NCBI RefSeq assembly: GCF_036321535.1
Contig: NC_087437.1
Span: 121,336,001-121,400,000, forward strand
Length of the DNA: 64,000 nt
From: Camelus dromedarius
Taxonomy: Eukaryota
Reading direction: 5' to 3'
The notes under the pieces were generated by a model, which saw only the letters and a program-made list of their open reading frames with translations, did not search any database and had not been told where the DNA came from. Below are positions 62,415 to 64,000 of this stretch, one piece after another (position 1 is the first letter of the stretch; each line of letters opens with the position of its first letter). Position numbers and translations under genes: made by a program.

Positions 62415-63150
62415 TTGAGAGTTCTTTATGAATTCTGGATACGTGTCTTTTCAGACATACAGTTGACAAGTACTTTCTCCCAGTTTGTAGCTGGTCTTTT
62501 CAGTCTCTCAGTAGTGTCTTTTGAAGAGCAGAAATTTTAAGTTTTGATAAAACCTAGTTTATCAATTTGCTGTTTTATGACTCAGCCTTTTGGTGTTGAA
62601 TCTAAGCAATCTTTGCTTAACCCAAAGTCACAGAGATTTTCTCCTGTGTATTATTCTAGATATTTTATAGTTTTGGGCTTTATATTTAGATCCACGATCC
62701 GTTTTTGAGTTAACTTTTGTATATGGTGCCGAGTATAGATAAACTTTCATTCCCCACCCCCACATGGCTAGCTAATTGTTCCCACACCATTTGTTTGAAA
62801 GATTCTCCCTTCTCCACTGAACTACCTTTGCATGTTTGTCAAAAAACAGTTGTTCATATATGTGTGGGTCATCTTCTGGACTTCATAGAAACACCCTGTC
62901 TTGGTGTCTACCTTTACAAAGTCCTTAATCAGAGAGTGAAAGTCCTCCAACCTCGCTCTTCTCCTCCACAGTTACCTTGCCTATTAGGTCCTTTGCATTT
63001 CCTTAGTGGCTTTACAGTAAGTTTGTCAAATCCTACCAAAAAAAAAAATAAATAAATAAAAGGGCCTTCTGGAGCATTGGTTGAGAGTTTGTTAAATCAA
63101 TAGATCAATTTGGGGATCAATACCTTAAGGACATTGAGGCTTCCAACCCA
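62415..63150 (-). mobile_element. Old L1; right part of the element interrupted at 60211
   Basis: ttgagagttctttatgaattctggatac resumes the consensus broken at ttcttattattgagttttgagag. Confidence 0.85.
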
Positions 63151-63182
63151 GGATGGCAGAAGGCTCCCCATTTCCTCAGGTC

Positions 63183-63805
63183 TGTTGGCAGATGGAGGCA
63201 CCCCTAAATGAGGAAGCCCCCCAAAGTGTGGGGTCCTGGTCGCCAACTGCGAAAGCACTCGCACAACAGAGGCAGAGAGATGGGGGGCACGGCTGCTTTA
63301 TTGCTCAGAGGCGGAAAGGGAAGGAAAGTGCTGGAGCAGGGAGGAGGGGAGAACAGCTCTCGAGCGAGGAGGCGGCGCTGGAAGAGGAAGAGACGTGGGG
63401 AGCCGTCAGCCAACATTGGTGGCAGGGACGGCGCCAGCCAGCGTCGGGCCACGTGGACTTTGACGAGGGGCTTCCACTACCATGCCTCCTTCTGGGTTGA
63501 TGGAGCCAGTCAGTCCTTGTACGGGCTTTTCAGTCTTCCTGTGGGCTTTTCCGGTTGTTGTCATGGCAACTGGCAACTGTCATGGCGCTGGTGGGTGTGT
63601 CATTTAGCAGCTAACACATTACAGTGACCGGACAATGAGGCTCAACGTCCACTGGAAGTCAGATCCTCCACCATCTTGGACTCCTTTGGTTCTAGCCAGT
63701 TCGTGTTTCTTCTCTGCAGCTGCCTCTGGGGACTAAGATAAGAGTAGCTGGTTTCTATTTGGGGGAGGGCAGGAGTGCGATCCTGGGGCAACTGCCTTGG
63801 TAACA
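63183..63805 (-). mobile_element. ERV1-class solo LTR
   Basis: TGTT...AACA termini; minus-strand AATAAA (TTTATT 63297-63302); ctgtcatggcgctggtgggtgtgtcatttagc and ccatcttgg motifs typical of ERV1 LTRs. Confidence 0.7.
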
Positions 63806-64000
63806 AAAGAAAAGTTGCTTTTAATCAAAATGCCTGCAGTCTGGTGGACCCAGCACCCCCCTCAACCCGTCTCCAAATATTCTGTTCAGTGGTGGAGTTT
63901 TATAGGGAAATGAAGGAATGATCTCAATTACTGGTGGGGGCAGATGGTCAGAGTGGGTGCCGCCCCCAGTGCCTGCAGCTTGTCCTCGTCCACTGCTGGA
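63806..64000 (-). mobile_element. Probable second LTR fragment running off the window
   Basis: aaagttgcttttaatcaaaatgcc...ggtggacccagc...tattctgttcag resembles artiodactyl ERV LTR sequence. Confidence 0.4.

Overview
GC-rich mammalian genomic DNA, probably camelid (three copies of a tRNA-derived SINE resembling the camelid Vic-1 family). It contains one complete protein-coding gene on the + strand, SLX9 (FAM207A/C21orf70, ribosome biogenesis factor). Six coding exons (7711-7848, 12113-12221, 23826-23894, 30133-30283, 34599-34667, 35831-35951) splice with consistent phases and GT-AG sites into a 657-nt CDS (218 aa), driven from a CpG-island promoter. The rest is non-coding: old and young LINE-1 fragments (mostly on the - strand, with a nested block at 56.7-63.1 kb), MaLR/ERV solo LTRs, MIRs, a hAT-like relic and short tandem repeats. 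Nearly all long ORFs in the track are artefacts of high GC content. I found no convincing previously undescribed biological system. The best leads are a strong AT-to-GC drift in the transposon relics (possible GC-biased gene conversion), an in-frame alternative donor after SLX9 exon 2, alternative poly(A) sites, a candidate minus-strand first exon near 830-900 (expected ITGB2 neighbourhood by synteny), and several homeodomain-motif AT islands. Repeat family names come from recalled consensus sequences and repeat boundaries are approximate.
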